33,945 nt of DNA from Acetobacteraceae bacterium. GTDB taxonomy: Bacteria > Pseudomonadota > Alphaproteobacteria > Acetobacterales > Acetobacteraceae. The translations under genes were made by a program, and so were the position numbers. This document shows positions 33,535 through 33,945 of the stretch, in pieces; position 1 is the stretch's first letter; each line of letters begins with the position of its first letter. The notes beneath the pieces are model-generated. The model was given only the letters and a program-made list of their open reading frames with translations, was not told where the DNA came from and did not search any database. Location of the stretch: the NCBI GenBank assembly GCA_020853405.1, contig JADYYZ010000336.1, positions 1 to 33,945 of the forward strand. The letters are read 5' to 3'.

Positions 33535-33945
33535 CCGCCGATGACCACCGGCTGCTGGAACTCGTCGGCGCCGGGCTGCCCTTGGTGGCGGAGCCGTACC
33601 GCGCGGTGGCGGCGGCGCTGGGGCAGGGGGAAGACGCCGTGCGAACGCGGCTTGCCGCCCTGATCGAGGCCGGAGTGATCGCGCGCTTCGGCGTGGTGGT
33701 GCGCCACCGCGCGCTGGGATACGTCGCCAACGCAATGGTGGTGTGGGACATCGCGGACAACCTGGTGGCAGGTGTGGCGGCGAGGCTGGCCGGCGAGCCC
33801 GGCGTGACCCTGTGTTAGCGCCGGCCGCGCCGGCCGCCGCTCTGGCCGTACAACCTGTTCTGCATGATCCATGGCCATGACCGCGGCCGGGTGCTGGCGC
33901 AGATCGAGGACATGGCGGCACGGCTGGCGCTCGGCGACGTGCCCC
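33525..33945 (+). pseudogene. Second siroheme decarboxylase subunit gene (NirL/NirG/NirH family) interrupted by an in-frame TAG at 33816-33818; the 3' end runs off the window
   Basis: ATG 33525 overlaps nirD by 10 nt and opens MELTADDHRLLELVGAGLPLVAEPYRAVAAALGQGEDAVRTRLAALIEAGVIARFGVVV...GEPGVTLC. A TAG follows. The same frame then continues without further stops to the window end as [42 protein letters not shown]. This is the conserved continuation (C-Y-xRP...WPYNLFxMxHG). The TAG sits exactly where NirD in this window has the Tyr of NHNY. Confidence 0.75.

Noticed and set aside
31222-33921. An 899-aa minus-strand ORF
   Set aside because: It is antisense to nirE, nirC, nirF, nirD and the following gene. 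Its composition is Pro/Arg/Ala-rich with no motifs.

Overview
Very GC-rich bacterial DNA (by eye about 70% G+C, not computed). It is gene-dense and probably alphaproteobacterial, judged only from gene content and order. I found no rRNA, tRNA, CRISPR array, transposase, integrase or recognisable defence genes. Because of the GC content, almost every real gene is shadowed by long spurious ORFs on the opposite strand or in other frames. I chose frames using recognisable motifs, GC3 bias, Shine-Dalgarno sequences and stop/start overlaps.

Left to right, the window contains:
1. The 3' end of an unknown CDS (1-255).
2. A six-gene minus-strand glycan or LPS-type modification operon (413-6106): HAD phosphatase, cupin protein, 590-aa GT-A-like protein, 181-aa orphan, WavE-like protein and SAM methyltransferase. 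The first five are linked by 1- or 4-nt stop/start overlaps.
3. A divergent plus-strand unit (6442-11943): a Tat/Sec-signal protein, a 1075-aa serralysin-type RTX metalloprotease carrying an integrin-beta-like VWA domain inside its RTX region, a sugar-nucleotidyltransferase-like gene and a GDPD-like phosphodiesterase.
4. A tightly packed minus-strand operon (12295-18514): class I PHA synthase, YbbA/MacB-type ATPase, 787-aa double-FtsX permease and a membrane fusion protein. It ends in two related palindromic elements.
5. A YhiI/RbbA/YhhJ-type HlyD plus ABC module (18726-23589).
6. A MarR-family regulator (23706-24179).
7. A Paracoccus-style cd1 nitrite reductase locus. nirI, nirX and a CysG-like gene lie on the minus strand (24497-28701). 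nirS-nirE-nirC-nirF-nirD plus the next siroheme decarboxylase gene lie on the plus strand (28877 to the window end). An FNR/NnrR-type palindrome sits between the two arms.

Most notable observations:
- The integrin-beta-like module in the RTX protease.
- An in-frame TAG replacing a conserved Tyr codon in the last nir gene.
- The phaC-ABC exporter operon.
- A CysG-like gene whose methyltransferase half is frame-disrupted and truncated.

Every family assignment rests on motif recognition from memory. No database search was possible.
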